NCBI GenBank assembly: GCA_964016885.1
Contig: OZ024740.1
Location: 283,030,001-283,094,000 of the forward strand
DNA from: Eledone cirrhosa
Lineage: Eukaryota
Direction of reading: 5' to 3'
DNA length: 64,000 nt
Below are positions 13,302-27,197 of the stretch, piece by piece; the stretch's first letter is position 1; each line of letters starts with the position of its first letter. The notes beneath the pieces were generated by a model, which had not been told where the DNA came from, made no database searches, and was given only the letters and a program-made list of their open reading frames with translations. The position numbers and the translations under genes were made by a program.

Positions 13302-14438
13302 AACTGCCGAGTTGTGGCAACCACAGTTAAAAAGGGTACCCAATACATAGGTAGAGTGTAGCTATTTTTATTTTATATTGAAATGACTTCTACAGGACTA
13401 GAAATTTTTCATTTTTATGAAATCATCAGGATGCACAGTTTTTATAGGACACATCTTTCAATAATTAAGTCATTCTAAATTGCTCATATTATCATTTCTA
13501 TTCAGATGAGTGATGACAGCCGTCAAGATAACTCAGCAAAGGAAAAGCCACATGTCAATTGTAGATTTAACGTCAGAGCATAATGAGAGTTGAACTGTCG
13601 TTTGTTGTCAAGGTTTGCAAAGAGCTGAAGTCTGTTCACAGTGACTCTACAGTAGTAGCCAAACGTAAAACGTCTGTTAAGGTTCCTAATACAATCTAAA
13701 CACTCACATGTGTGCGAAAGGTGCAGACAATTATTACGAACCCCACAATTCAATTAGCAGCGTTGCTAAGCTCAACATTTCAAGGTACACTAGTGGAAAT
13801 GTTTTGAACAAGGACTTTCAATACATATCATAAGTGATGCGGAGAGGTCAACTCATATCTATAAAGACAAAATATATCCGTCTGATCTATGCAAAACGCT
13901 TGCCGTGGAATGTTTAACATATTATCTTTTACGTTTTTGTCTTTTTTACTCTCGCCTATTCTTGAATTTCTACTTCTATTCCTCATTATATCTTCCGATG
14001 AAGGATAACTTCCGAGACGTTAAGAATCATCTTAAGGATATATGTATTGAAGGAATGCACAGTCACTTGCACGTTAACAACATGAGTAGGCTATTCCGTA
14101 GAACGAACAACTAGAACGCACAACGACGAAACAAACGAATGATCATTTAAAGTTTACAATATATTATCACCCTCTTCAATTTCATTTCGATATTTTACAA
14201 TATATTCTAGTATTTTGTTTGTAATATGTTTTACAAATATTACACAAACTTACTTCATAATATAAACAACTCGTATATATACACACACGCTCAGAGAAAC
14301 ACACATGCTTACACACATTTATATACACACAAAGATAAGAGAAAATACAAGTTATATATAAATCCCTGGTTGTTCAAGTAAATTTTATTTTCACAAGTTC
14401 TTTTCTTGAAACATATGTGGCACACGTATATATATATA

Positions 14439-14506
<68 letters not shown>

Positions 14507-15246
14507 AAACTCGGATCTTGCATGCTTGCTTGTCTGTTATGTAATACAGCCAAAAGGGAGCATAATGGGTAAATACTTTGAAAGCAAGTTGCCGCTAAAA
14601 TGGGAATACAAATTGAATAAAACAAGTGTTTCGCGAAAATCTGACCCCGGGTTCCCGAGATTCACGGGTTTTGGGGGTACCTTCGTAAATAACCAAAACG
14701 GTGCATACTGGGAAAATACCACGAAATTAACATAACCCTGCAAAACTTCGTAAATAGCCAAAACATTGCATAATGAGAAAATACTCTGAATAAAACAAGT
14801 TTGGCGTAAATCGCACATGGTAAATATTTTCAATTTTCCAAAAATAGCAAGGAATTCATCTAAATTCAATTTATCTTATTTTATAATGAATATCGAAAGA
14901 AATAATCCGTTTGTTTTTTTTGTTCTCCATTCTGTAGGTAAGAGAGACAGAGAGGGGGTGAGAGAGTGAGAAAGAGAGAGTGAGGGTGAGATAGAGAAAG
15001 AGAGAGAGTGAGGGGATGAGAGAGAGAGGGGGGATGACAGATTGGGAAAGAGACAGCGTCCTTAACTTTTATTTATTTTAACTCTCCCCCCTATCCTTAA
15101 CGTTATTTCTTTCTCTCTCTTTCACAGTTCTACTGCCACCGTGTGTATATGTATGTGTGCCAGTGCATGTGTTTACGTACTTAGAGATATGTGTGTGTGT
15201 GTATGTGTGTGCGTAACAGTACTTAAGTTATAGGCATATATATATA

Positions 15247-15307
<61 letters not shown>

Positions 15308-16050
15308 GTGTGTGTGTGTGTAGGATACCTTCGTAAATAGCCAAAACGGTGCATAATGGAAAAATAAGTGACATAACCCTGAAATGGGGATAAAACAGTT
15401 TTGATGTAAATCGACATAACCTATTTTCATCATTCGAGAAATATTTTTAATAATTATTAAAAAAAGAGTTTTCGGTGATTTCTCAGTGAATATGATTTCA
15501 AAACTACAAGTTGTTTGTACTTCAAGTATCTATATTTGAGCTTTGTTTAAACAGACAATATTTTAATTATCAGAATAACATTAAGTGAATATCACTGAAA
15601 AATACCAGTTGGTGTTAAACAGTAGGTGTTTATATTTTTGCTTTTGTTAAAAATAATATTTCAATTATTTTGAAATATTTTAAAGTGAATTTGATTTCAC
15701 AAATAGCTTTATTTACATAGACAATATCTTCATTTTTTTTAAATTAGTTTCAAGTGAATACGATGGAAAAAATATTTCTTGGCATATTTAAAAAATATTC
15801 TTAAGTGAAAATGACTTAAAAAATACAAATTATTTGTACACCGAGTATATATATTTCAGCTTTCTTTAAACAGAATATTTTAATTATTAATGAGTATTTT
15901 TTATGTGAATATGATTTGAAAAATACGAATTCTTTAAACAGACAATATTTTCATTATTTAGAAATATTTCTAAATGATGATTGAAAAAAAATATTTGTTG
16001 AGGTAATAGGAATTTTTTCTAAGGTGAATACGATTTTCGATTCTTAAATA

Positions 16051-19000
16051 ATGCCTCGACGAGGAAGAAAGAAAACATCTGGTTGGTCTATCGATAGTGG
16101 AAAGAAAGCACGGCTAAGGAGAGCCCAAGAAGGTGAGCAAGATAGTGGTGAACGCCAACAAGATCGGGACAGGCATGCAACTAGAAGGATCTATGAGACT
16201 GATAAAGCAAGGGTTTGTGCGTCTGGCGGAACAGAGGGAAAGAGACAGAAGAAGGAGAGATCATGAATCGGATGGTCGGAGAGCTGAGCGTCAGGCGGAA
16301 CAGAGGGAAAGAGACAGAAGAAGGAGAGATCATGAATGGGATGGTCGGAGAGATCATGAATCGGATGGTCGGAGAGCTGAGGGTCAGGCGGAACAGAGGG
16401 AAAGAGACAGAAGAAGGAGAGATCATGAATCGGATGGTCGGAGAGCTGAGGGTCAGGCGGAACAGAGGGAAAGAGATAGAAGAAGGAGAGATCATGAATG
16501 GGATGGTCGGAGAGCTGAGCGTCAGGCGGAACAGAGGGAAAGAGACAGAAGAAGGAGAGATCATGAATGGGATGGTCGGAGAGCTGAGGGTCAGGCGGAA
16601 CAGAGGGAAAGAGACAGAAGAAGGAGAGATCATGAATCGGATGGTCGGAGAGCTAAGGGTCAAGCGGAACAGAGGGAAAGAGACAGAAGAAGGAGAGATC
16701 ATGAATGGGATGGTCGGAGAGCTGAGGGTCAGGCGGAACAGAGGGAAAGAGACAGAAGAAGGAGAGATCATGAATCGGACGCTCGGAGAACTTTGCCAAC
16801 AAACCATTAGGGATAGAGCAAGGACAGTTCAACGACGTGACCTCTCTGCTGATGTTGGACAGATGAATAAGATCTGTGTCTGTTGTCATGCAATGCTTTT
16901 TCATGGTGAAACTGCTAACTTTTGCTGTATGAATGGAAAAGTCAGGTTGGGGCATCTGCAGCCTTTACCCCAGGAACTTCACAGTTTATTTAGTACAGAT
17001 CAACCTAGGGCAAACGAGTTCAGGAAGAACCTCAGACAATACAACTGCTTGTTCCAAATGACATATTTTGGGGCTGAATTAGTTCGTCACTCAAGGAGTG
17101 GATGGAATCCTTCTATCGTTATTCATGGTCAAATTCACCATTACATCGGTTCCTTAACTCCTAATCCCAACGAACAACCCCAATTTCTTCAAATTTACTT
17201 CTTGGATCCTTAGGATAGTGTTGATTTGAGGATCAGGATACTCCATAACGATGGCATTCAGCGCGACATATTTGAATTATTGGAAATAATACTCAGACAA
17301 TATGACCCTTACGTTGCTTCATTTCGAATGGCAAAAGAACAAATTAAAAATATTCCCGAAGCTTCGATTATTATTGATCCTGATAGGAGACCAGCAATGG
17401 GACATGAGAGAAGATTCAATGTACAAACTGCAAACGAAGTTGCCGTTATTATACAAAACAGCACCGAACTTCAAGCAAAAGCACGGCACATTGTGTTGAA
17501 AGAAAAAGGCGGACAATTGCAAATAATCTCAGAGTCCCATCGGGCCTATGGCAGTTTGCAGTATGTTCTATTTTTTTCCTTTGGGCGATGACGGATGGCA
17601 TCATGAGCTGTTAATGAGCAACAACAACAAGTTGACGCCAATGCGCTACTATGCCTATCAAATAATGAACCATGAGAATGAATTCAACCAACTTCTCAGA
17701 GGCGGTCGTTTATTTCAGCAATATTTGGTTGACATGGCTGCGAAGATTGAAGGAGATAGACTGCAATACATCCGAATGAATCAAACATCATTACGATCTA
17801 CAACATACAAAGGTCTTACTGACGCATTGAATGATGATGACGATTTTCGCAATATTGGCAGGCGAATCATACTATCTTCCACATTTGTCGGTGGACCGAG
17901 ATATATGATAGAGCGATGCCAGGATGCCATGATGTACATACGGAAGTACGGCAATCCTTCGTTCTTCATCACAATGACATGCAATCCAAACTGGCCTAAA
18001 ATCCGGCAAAACCTATTCCTGAAACAGAAGCCACATGACAGGCCAGATTTAATTGCCAGAGTATTTGACCTGAAGCGGAAACTGTTAAGAAAGTATCTTA
18101 CTGGAGTAGATGGCCTATTTGGCAAGTGCATAGATTACGTGCTGACAGTCGAATATCAAAAGCGAGGTCTTCCTCATGTGCACTGTTTGCTATGGCTCAA
18201 AGAAGCCTCCAAGCCCAGACCGCAGGAATATGATAAATTTGTTCAAGCCGAAATACCAGATCCAAACAAAGATCCAGGGGGTCATGAATTGGTGCTGAAG
18301 CACATGATCCACGGTCCGAATTGATCTAACAAATCGCCGTGTTGGAAAGATGGAACGTGCAGTAAGCGGTACCCTAAGCCTTTCAATGAATATACATTGT
18401 GTGGAGAGGACTCTTATCCTGTGTACAGAAGACGGTCTCCAGGAATGGGAAGATTTGTGGAGCACCAAGAAGGAAGGGGAAGCCGAAATATAACTTCGGA
18501 ATAGGTGGTTCCCTACAATATGAAACTATTAAAACTGTTCAACTGCCACCTAAACGTAGAGATGTGGTCTTCCGTGAAATCGATCAAATACGTTATCAAA
18601 TATACCATGAAGGGCAGTGATCAGGCAATGTTTGGAGTGAACAGGGAAGATGAGATAATACAGTATTTAACAGGAAGATATATCGGTCCTTCAGAAGCTG
18701 TTGCCTTGGTACTTGGATTTCCAATTCATGAGAGAGAACCGGCCGTAGTTCGCCTTCAAGTTCATCTACCTGAGGAAAATCAAATCTTCTTTCGGGTCAA
18801 TGCAGCTTTTAAAGTAAACAATAACATGGCAAAGACGACTCTGACTGAGTTCATGGATCTTTGCGATCGCGATCCGTTTGCAAAAACATTGTATTATGCC
18901 GACGTGCCAAAGTTTTACACTTGGAGTAATAAGAGATGGGAAAGGAGAAAGGTGGGGGAAATCGTTGAGCAGTATCCAAGGATTTTTTAGGCGAACGTTT

Positions 19001-20820
19001 TGGGACGAGTATACACTGTTTCTCCACGAAGTGGTGACCTGTATTATTTAATACTTCTACTGCATCACGTCAAAGCGCCAGTATCCTTCAACTCTCTGAA
19101 ATTGTGTGATGGAGAACTCCTGACATTATTCAAAGACGTCTGCAGAGAGAAAGGTTTGCTTCAATCGGATGATCATTGGCAGCAGACTCTGGACGATGCT
19201 GAGCGAACAAGGGTTCCCAAAGCCATGAGAAATCTATTCATCGTGCTCCTCACAAATACGGAAATTGACAATTCCAGTGCTTTATGGGTTCGATTTAAGC
19301 ATTCGCTGTCTGAGGATAGAAAAAAGGGCTACCAGAAACTCTAACCTTCTGTATTTTGAAGACAAACTTAAAGACCTGGGCAAAAGTCTTAGCGACTTTA
19401 ACTTGCCAAGGCCAAATAATATTGTTGCTAATCAGGATATTGGCAATTTGGAGTTATTGCATGAGTTGCAATACATCAGAGAAGAGCAGCGACAATTTGT
19501 AGAAGAGACGGAGCCTCTATTGAATAGTGAACAAAAACACGTGTACGACTTCGTTTGTAACAGTTGATTTTCATTGATGCTCCAGGTGGAACAGGAAAGA
19601 CATTCCTGATTAACTTAATTCTTTCAAAAGTCAGGGGAAACGGTGACGTAGCTATTGCTCTTGCGTCATCTAGCATTGCCGCAACACTGATGCCTGGTGG
19701 AAGAACAGCGCATTCTAGGTTCAAAATACCGATAGTAGTGAAAGAAAATAGTCTGTGCAACATTGATAAAAACTCAAAGACGGCAAACCTCTTTCAACAT
19801 ACAAGGCTGATTGTTTGGGTTGAGTGTCCTATGATTCAGAGGGAAAGCTTCGAAGCTGTTGACCTCACTCTGCGTGGCATATGCGACAACAATGAGGCAT
19901 TCGTTGGAATTTTGACAATTACTGTGGCGATTTCCGTCAGCTTCTTCCGGTAGTCAAAAGGGGAAATGAAGCGGACGTGGAAAACGCCTGCATTAAAAAA
20001 TCGTACTTATGGCGAAGCTTCAAAATATTTCAGTTGAAGACAAATATGCGATTGGGTGGGGGAGCAGGAGACTATTCACAGTTCCTATTGGATGTTGGAG
20101 AAGATAAGATAAAAAAAACTGAAAAGGAGGAAATTATTTTGCCAAAAGAAATGGTTCTCCCAGCAAAACTATGGAAGATGGATTGATTTCATCTACTCCT
20201 CATTCGACAATCCAGCTGAAGTGTTTTCGAACAATTTCATCTTAATACCTCTCAATGAAATGATGAGAAGCATCAATTCCACCTGTATCAGACGCTTCCC
20301 TGAAACCATAAAAGAGTACCGATCCTATAATTCTGTGAGCGATGGTGCCAATACCATTCATTTCCCGACTGAATTCCTTGATTCGGTTGAACTATCAGGA
20401 CTGCCACCAATTCTTATGAGAAACTTGAATCCTCCAAGGCTTTGTAATGGAACGCGCATGATCGTGGAAGAACTGCATGACAATCTCATAGTAGCAAGAA
20501 TCAACACTGCTGCTTTCAGAAATGAGATCGTTATGATACATAGAATAAGAATTAATCTATCCGAAGGTGAGGATATCCCTTTGCAGCGAAGCCAATTCCC
20601 AGGTCAATCGTGCTTCGCTATGACTATTCATGAAGTACAAGGACAAACTATGGAAAACGTCTTGGTTTATCTGGAAAGACCTGTATTCCAACACGGTCAA
20701 CTGTATGTAGCCCTTAGCCCTTAGCCGCGGAAAACGAAAGAAAATGTCAGAGTGTTTCTGAAGGATACCCAGTCAACTAAGAATGGTGTCATCAAAAGCA
20801 TTCTTTTGAACAAACTGTAA
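16051..20820 (+). pseudogene. Helitron RepHel (HUH Rep + Pif1-family helicase), multiple stops and frameshifts
   Basis: Zn-finger-like 'CVCCHAMLFHGETANFCCMNGKV'; Rep motifs 'FITMTCNPNWP', 'VEYQKRGLPHVHCLLWL', 'KYVIKY'; helicase motifs 'IDAPGGTGKT', 'GRTAHSRFKIP', 'LCNGTR', 'FAMTI..QGQT', 'HGQLYVALS'. Split over about ten ORFs. Confidence 0.95.
16221..16790 (+). repeat. 60-bp coding tandem repeat (~9 units) in the RepHel N-terminus
   Basis: Unit ggcggaacagagggaaagagacagaagaaggagagatcatgaat(c/g)ggatggtcggagagctgag(c/g)gtca encodes a 20-aa R/E-rich repeat. Confidence 0.95.
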
Positions 20821-21656
20821 CAGCGTAAATATGAGAAAATGTTGATTCCGACGTCAGAAAATGAAAGGAAAAGGAAAAAACTAAGACAAGTAAGAATAAT
20901 TTCTTTCAAATGTTTGTAAATAAAACCAGCTTTTCATTAACATTGCAACTTTTTAAGCAGAAAAATCTTTCAGAACAAACAGTCAAGCATCCAAAGAGAT
21001 ATAGAAAAAGAAATTTTGAAGCGGAGTGATTGGATAGCTATTAGTGAAAATGATTTGATATTTTCTTTGTGAAAATACTTGTGAATAATAGAGTGAAAAG
21101 ACAAGTTTCGCGTAAATCGGACCACGGGTTCCCGAGATACGCAGGTTTTTTCGGGTACCTTTATAAGTAGCCAAATCAGTGCATAATGGGAAAATTCTTT
21201 GAAAGTAAGGTACCATTGAAATGTGAATACAAACGCAGATCGTGGTTGTGAGAGAGGGAGAGGGGGGAGAGCTTGTGGTGTTGTTAAATGAATTATGACA
21301 GGTGACTTCAAAGAATTGAATACAGCATTACTGTATCTAGCTTGAATTTGGTGACTGAATATTAAGTTATATGTATCTTATAACTTGTGTTAGGACAGGA
21401 TGTATGTGTGTGTGTGTGTGTGTCTGTAACCAGTGTATATAGGCCACAGACACCCACACACAAAAACACACACATATATATATATACACGTACATATACA
21501 GACACACATACACGTATATATATTGGCTTTCCAATGTCATTTTACATTATATACATTGTGTGTATATTTTAATTATTTAAAAATTAATTTTAAGTGAACA
21601 TGGCTCAACGGGTGACGGGTGGTCTAGTGTATATATATATATATACATATATATGT

Positions 21657-22100
21657 AGGAGGTGAGTTTTATTGTAGCACAATAAAGCAATGCAAATATC
21701 GGATAAGTAGCACTCTACAGTTTGTAGGACTGGAGTATAAATAATATAAGATCAAAAGATGGTTAAAAGAGTTCCAAGTATTTTATTATGTGCATTTCAA
21801 AAACAAATATCATCATGGGATGATATCTGCGTTTTCATCAGATAAAATAGGGATACATGATATGAAGCTTAAAAAACACTTGTGAATAGTGAAGTTTTAA
21901 ATCAACATATGTTGATTTAAAACTTCACTATTCGCAAGTGTTTTTTAAGCTTCATATCATCTATCCCTATTTTATCTGATAAAAACGCAGATATCCCATG
22001 ATGATATTTGTTTTTGAAATGCGCATAATAAAATACTAGGAACTCTTTTAACCATCTTTTGATCTTATATTATATATATATATCTTTTGATCTTATATTA
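21657..22100. mobile_element. Spacerless palindrome (21741-22073) with an HHR in each arm
   Basis: Centre aacatatgtt at ~21909. Minus HHR 21778-21849: tattttat-CTGATGA...GAAA-tgcaca-TA-ataaaata. Plus copy 21968-22035 has CTGATAA. Confidence 0.8.
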
Positions 22101-22217
22101 TATATATATATGTGTGTGTGTGTTTGCTGATGGTAGCTAAGATGCTTCCATAGGCGGTATGCCGGTTGAGCACTCTATGCTCTTACAGAGCAGAGTATGG
22201 TATAATATAAAACGAAA

Positions 22218-22404
22218 ATTCAGTGATGCATCTGAAATCAATTTATTGTGTGTTACAATTGTTTCGCCCAGTGAAAGATTTGACGCATCCGACGACCCGC
22301 AGATCCAGAGTCAGACAAGATTCATGCAATGATCGTGTCTCGAACTGTCCGCCGGCGAAACAATTGTAACACAATAAATTGATTTCAGATGCATCACTGA
22401 ATTA
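22218..22404. repeat. Inverted repeat with a hammerhead 3' half (GAAAC-aatt-GTA)
   Basis: 22218-22270 is inverted at 22354-22404; no intact CUGANGA core. Confidence 0.55.
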
Positions 22405-23605
22405 TACCAGTGAATTACTGGCACTTTATTTTATCGACCCCGTAAGGATGAAAGGCAATTGTCTGTGTCAGTAGAGTATGATTTGGGGGAGATTTATGTG
22501 CTATTACTTGAACGAGCGTCGTCCGTGTGGAGGTTTCCAATGTGTGACGATGTGTTTAATCTCTTAACTAATTGATTCCTTGGAACATCACTGAAGGATT
22601 CCACTTCATATGATCTCTCACAGTCCAATCAACCTGGTTGAATCTGTCTATTTGTCTGTCCGATTATCTTTCTTTCTCTTTCCCTGTTAGTCCGTCTTTC
22701 TGGTTGTCTGTCCCTCCTTGTTTCTGCCTAATTTCTCTATCCAAAGCGCAACTCTATGCACGGTGTATAAATGCAATGTTATATTTTGGTCTTGTGTTTT
22801 TCTGTTTTATTAACACTACTCTACACAATATGTATGGAGTTATATTTTGTGTGATGTATATTTCTAAGTCATATGTTCTAGTTTAAGTATTTTCTATATG
22901 TTTCTAACCCTGGTTTCCTCTGTTTCGAGATTTTTATATTTTGAATACTTTCTCTATTTCTTTTAATGATACATTAACGTCTATTTGGACTCATGATTCA
23001 GTTAGGAGGCACATTCTTTGTTGTAAGTGCTTAACAACAATATCCATCTGATTATCCTTTACAATCTTGTCTGTGATTATTGGCATATCCCAGAGTGTAG
23101 GTGCTTTATCTTTATATCATACATTTTTCTCCGTCTCTCACCGGTTCGGTTGTTGGTATTTTATAATACTAGCATGATTTCCACTGTATGGAAGACCCCA
23201 AACCGTCTACATATATATCCTTTTGTAGTTATGACAAGACAGACAGAAACCATTATTACTTTAAATTTAGAGGGGCAACACACATTGGTTGTGTTTAACT
23301 TCAGAGTTATTATTAATCAGATAATCAATTCATCGATAAGTAGGTTTATCAACTAATTAATTAATTGTCAATGTTCTTCTTCCCTCCTAGTCTGACACCA
23401 TATCGATTGTTCTTACCTTTTGTTGCTTGCTTTCGTTTACTTTACATCAACTCATATTTTCTTTTAGATTTTGAATAGTTTCCTGCGAGCTTCTGCTGCA
23501 ACATCAAGTGCACCACCTTCGAAACACTAGTGTAAATAACACATCCTATTTCTTTACAGATGGGTGTAATCAGGAATTGTGTATATGTTTCATCCAGTTG
23601 AAGCT

Positions 23606-23700
23606 TTGCTAGTGTTTGGTTTTGTATTGCTAGTGTTTGGTTTTGTATTGCTAGTGTTTGGTTTTGTATTGCTAGTGTTTGGTTTTGTATTACTGGTGTT
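23606..23700. repeat. 21-bp minisatellite (ttgctagtgtttggttttgta) x~4
   Basis: Direct inspection; followed by (ATCT)n at 23780-23872. Confidence 0.9.
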
Positions 23701-23779
23701 TCTCCATTGTTTCGACAGTTATGTAAAAATAGGTTATGGTAGTTGTATTATTTATTTGAGGCTTGGTTCTTATTGTCAC

Positions 23780-23873
<94 letters not shown>

Positions 23874-23931
23874 ATAGATATATATAGTGACGAAACATAA
23901 GTCAATTGCATGAACTCGTAATCCTTTATTT

Positions 23932-23987
23932 ACTGCTATATATATTTCGATGATAGCCATTGAATTGCTATGACCTCATCAGGCAGT
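23932..23987 (-). ncRNA. Type I hammerhead ribozyme
   Basis: Minus strand: actgc-CTGATGA-ggtcatagc...gctatcatc-GAAA-tatata-TA-gcagt. Lies in a ~350-bp (TA)n-flanked insert. Confidence 0.75.
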
Positions 23988-24234
23988 TAGTGGGTTCTTA
24001 GATATGCCAGCTCTGTGTTTATAGTGTTGATGGTATCAGAGCCTTGGGACATATGAGCTTGTTAGGAATAATTTAATGTTGTCAGCAGGAATAGTCTTGA
24101 TTCTCATTGGTCAGTTTGTAGATGGTAGTAGGGTTGGTATTTGACGTCAATGATGGAAGGTGGTGTTGTAAAGTTCAAACCGTCAGGCAAGATGACAATA
24201 GTTCCATATGACTGATTTTCACAAAAAGCATTCC

Positions 24235-24299
<65 letters not shown>

Positions 24300-24375
24300 C
24301 TCACTCTCCACCCCACCCCTCCCCCATCTCTCTCTCTTTCTCTCTGTATATATATATATATATATATATATAACA

Positions 24376-24560
24376 CGAGGGTCAGCTGAAACATAGGCTG
24401 GCAAAGATACTTTCATGGAATAACCAAATGAGGTTTATTTTACAATATAGACCGTGGAAAGGAATAATGCAGTTATAAATAGGAAGAGGTGAATTTAATG
24501 CATACAAAAATTCACAGAATTCTTTTATAATCAGCTTATGAAGTTTTTAGTCGACTTTCG
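24376..24560. mobile_element. Mariner-type MITE relic
   Basis: Degenerate TIRs cgagggtcagctgaaa / ttttagtcgactttcg-ta. Confidence 0.55.
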
Positions 24561-24653
24561 TATATATAAACATGCACGTGTGTGAGTGTGTGTGTGTGTT
24601 GTACGTGTAGCATTGTGTTAAGTTTTATAGTATCGACTAGTTATAGTGTAGAG

Positions 24654-24939
24654 CAGGCATGGGCAACCTTTTTCGAGAAGCGGGCCGCATGAGATATGGC
24701 TCATCACCAGGCGGAGCGCAAGTGCTGATTTACATTCGTGCTCACATCAAAAAAAGGGTGGCAACTCAGGTTATTTTGATTTGTTTCTTCAGAATTCGTA
24801 CACGTTTCCTCGATCGTAAAATTGATAGAAAGATAAGTTACGACTGAAAAGTTGGGGTAAAAAGATCAGAAAGATTTCACTTAGGTAACTTAGGCGAGCC
24901 ATTCAGAAAGCTTCGCGGGCCGCAGGGTGTCCATGACTG
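24654..24939. mobile_element. hAT (Charlie-like) MITE
   Basis: TIRs CAGGCATGGGCAAC / GTGTCCATGACTG, internal GCGGGCCGCA motifs, and a perfect 8-bp TSD GTGTAGAG on both sides. Confidence 0.85.
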
Positions 24940-25094
24940 GTGTAGAGTATGTGTTGTGTGAGTAGAGAACATTGTACCGAATATGATAAGTCAGATTTCT
25001 TAATTGTGCGTGAGATGTATTCTTGTACTGAATGACGATTATGTAAAATCAGTTGTGTAAATTATATGTGTTGTGAGTTGTATTATATTATCTG

Positions 25095-25262
25095 CTGGAT
25101 TGGCTGTATCGGTAGAGGGTCGGACGCCATCCTTTCCAGCATAGTTACGTCCATTTACGATCTGAGTTCAAATCCCGCCGAGGTTGACTTTGCCTTTCAT
25201 CCTAAAGTACCAGTAATGCACTGGGTAATTGCTAGCCTTGTGCCTAAAGTAGAAACAATTAT
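25095..25262 (+). mobile_element. tRNA-derived SINE (internally deleted)
   Basis: Family head, B-box and tail present. Confidence 0.8.
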
Positions 25263-25819
25263 ATTATCTGCTGGAGAATCTCTCATAAAGTGTGTGCCTG
25301 TGAGATTTGTTAGCGCATTTGGGGATGCTTCTAAATAATTAACATGTGAAAATGGTTTCTAGCAGCTGGCCTAATGATATACGTTCTCTTATTCATCACG
25401 TATCGGCCCAAAATAGAATAATTAAAAAGTATATATGATTTAGAAAGTACTATAGCTTCTCAAAAATGATTCAGCTTACGTCGATCCACTGCTGCATCTC
25501 CAACAGCTATTTGTGACCATTTGTCACGAATTGCCAAAATAGTTGCAGGCGTCGGATTCTTTCATTTTATTTAATGGTTTTATTCATGACGGAAAATCAC
25601 ATGGTTTTAGTTTCTCCAAAGTAAATAAAAAATATATACCGGCTTGATGCTATCGTTGATATAGCATCATCTATCGGCCCGGGGTAGAATCAATGGTCGC
25701 TATTATGTCATAAATACGCTAGTATGTCATAAATACAAGACTGATGATAATTAATTATTTGGATACCCTTGACTTTCCAGTTAATGTTTTGAATAATGGT
25801 GTGAAAATAACTTAAGTGA

Positions 25820-26547
25820 GAGGATAGATTATAAGAAGGCATTCAAAATGGTACCATCATTTGAGATGACAAAGGATATGGATATTTGGGTGTTCTGGAT
25901 ATAAAAACGATCATGGGCAAAATATCAAGGAGTTGATGAGATCTGAAGACATAAGGAAAATAAGGAACATACTAAAATCACATCTGAATTGTAGAAATGC
26001 CATAAGTTCAGTAAATTCCAGAGTAGTGTCTATTATCAGGTAGAGTGCTTGTAATCTTAAATGGAATGTAAACGAGCAAAAAGAACTGGACAGAAAGACA
26101 AGAAAATTAATGACCACATCCAGTATGCTTCATAAGAAGGGTGATGTTGATAGACTATACTTAAAGAGATCTGAAGATGGAATATGTCTAATCAACTTGG
26201 AGGACTGTGTTCAGATAGAGACGACCGGTTTACACAAATATGAGTCTGAGAGTAACGGGCCAATGTTTAAGGCTATATTGAAGGAGGAGACAATTGACCA
26301 GAGAATGTCAAAGAAAGAAGTTACAACAAAAAGGAAGAACAACTTGAATGGAAATGGCCCTTCATAGCGTCATTTTTAAAGAAAACAGAATTCAGAGATC
26401 TGCAGACATGGAACTGGTTAAAGTAAGGGGACCTTATGAAAGCAACAGAAGGAATGATTTTGGCTGCACAGGAGCAAGACCTTAGAACGAAGTGGATGAA
26501 ACACCATATCAACAAGGAGGAGGCTAGCCCTCTCTGTAGGATCTGTG

Positions 26548-26592
<45 letters not shown>

Positions 26593-26930
26593 CTGTGGTT
26601 CACATTGTATCCGAGTGTCAACATCTAGCCCAGATTCACTCTAAAGGATGAATATGACAACATAGGAAAATTGGTTCACTATCATTTATGCAAACTGAAC
26701 AAATTATCTCATTCTGAGAAATGGTATGAACGTAAGTCAGAGTCGGTGATAGAAAACGACAGTCTGAAGGTGCTGTGGAATTTCAGGATACAAACGGACA
26801 AAGAATAAGACTAACCGGGCATTTTTTGGCAAGTAAAATATCTTGACATACGAGTGCAAGAAAGGGAGGAGAAATTTAACTGGTACCGCGATCGTCCCCA
26901 TCGTCTTAGGAGCACTAGGTACTATTGGGC
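25820..26930 (+). pseudogene. R4/Dong-like (restriction-like endonuclease) LINE relic
   Basis: 'DVDRLYLKRSEDG', 'TEGMILAAQEQDLRT', CCHC knuckle 'CRICGE[(GA)n]ETVVHIVSECQHLAQ' and 'KVLWNFRIQTD'. Confidence 0.8.
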
Positions 26931-27007
26931 CGTCAAGTATGGAATTTGTGGAAATTGTCTTCTTTTCCGCAAATGTCTACAAATTCCATACTTGACGACC
27001 AAATATA

Positions 27008-27197
27008 ATTGTTTCTACTTTTTGGCACAAGGCCAGCAATAACCCAGTACATTACTGGTACTTTATTTTATCGACCCGGTAATGATGAAAGGCAAAGTTA
27101 ACCTCGGCGGGATTTGAACTCAGAATAGCAAGGGGTGTAACTCTTTGCTGCAAAGCTTGGCGTCCGACCCATTACCGATACTGCCAATTCACCGCCC
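27008..27197 (-). mobile_element. tRNA-derived SINE with TSD
   Basis: Full copy flanked by the direct repeat ccaaatataat. Confidence 0.85.

Larger units (their letters stand above)
14441..21627 (+). mobile_element. Helitron (near full length, inactivated)
   Basis: RepHel pseudogene inside. 3' end reads ...tcaacgggtgacgggtggtCTAG|T (eroded hairpin + CTAG at 21624-21627). The 5' boundary at the (TA)n/(CTA)n junction is inferred. Subterminal block ~14630-14720 is repeated at ~21107-21200. Confidence 0.75.

Noticed and set aside
13991-14025. Hammerhead-like CCGATGA-agga..tcc-GAGAC-gtta (similar weak motifs at ~13385-13432, ~29636-29690 and ~33990-34030)
   Set aside because: Two or more core or helix defects each. 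Probably decayed HHRs, but not supportable individually.
16181-16807. 208-aa antisense ORF in the Helitron
   Set aside because: By-product of the stop-free 60-bp tandem repeat.
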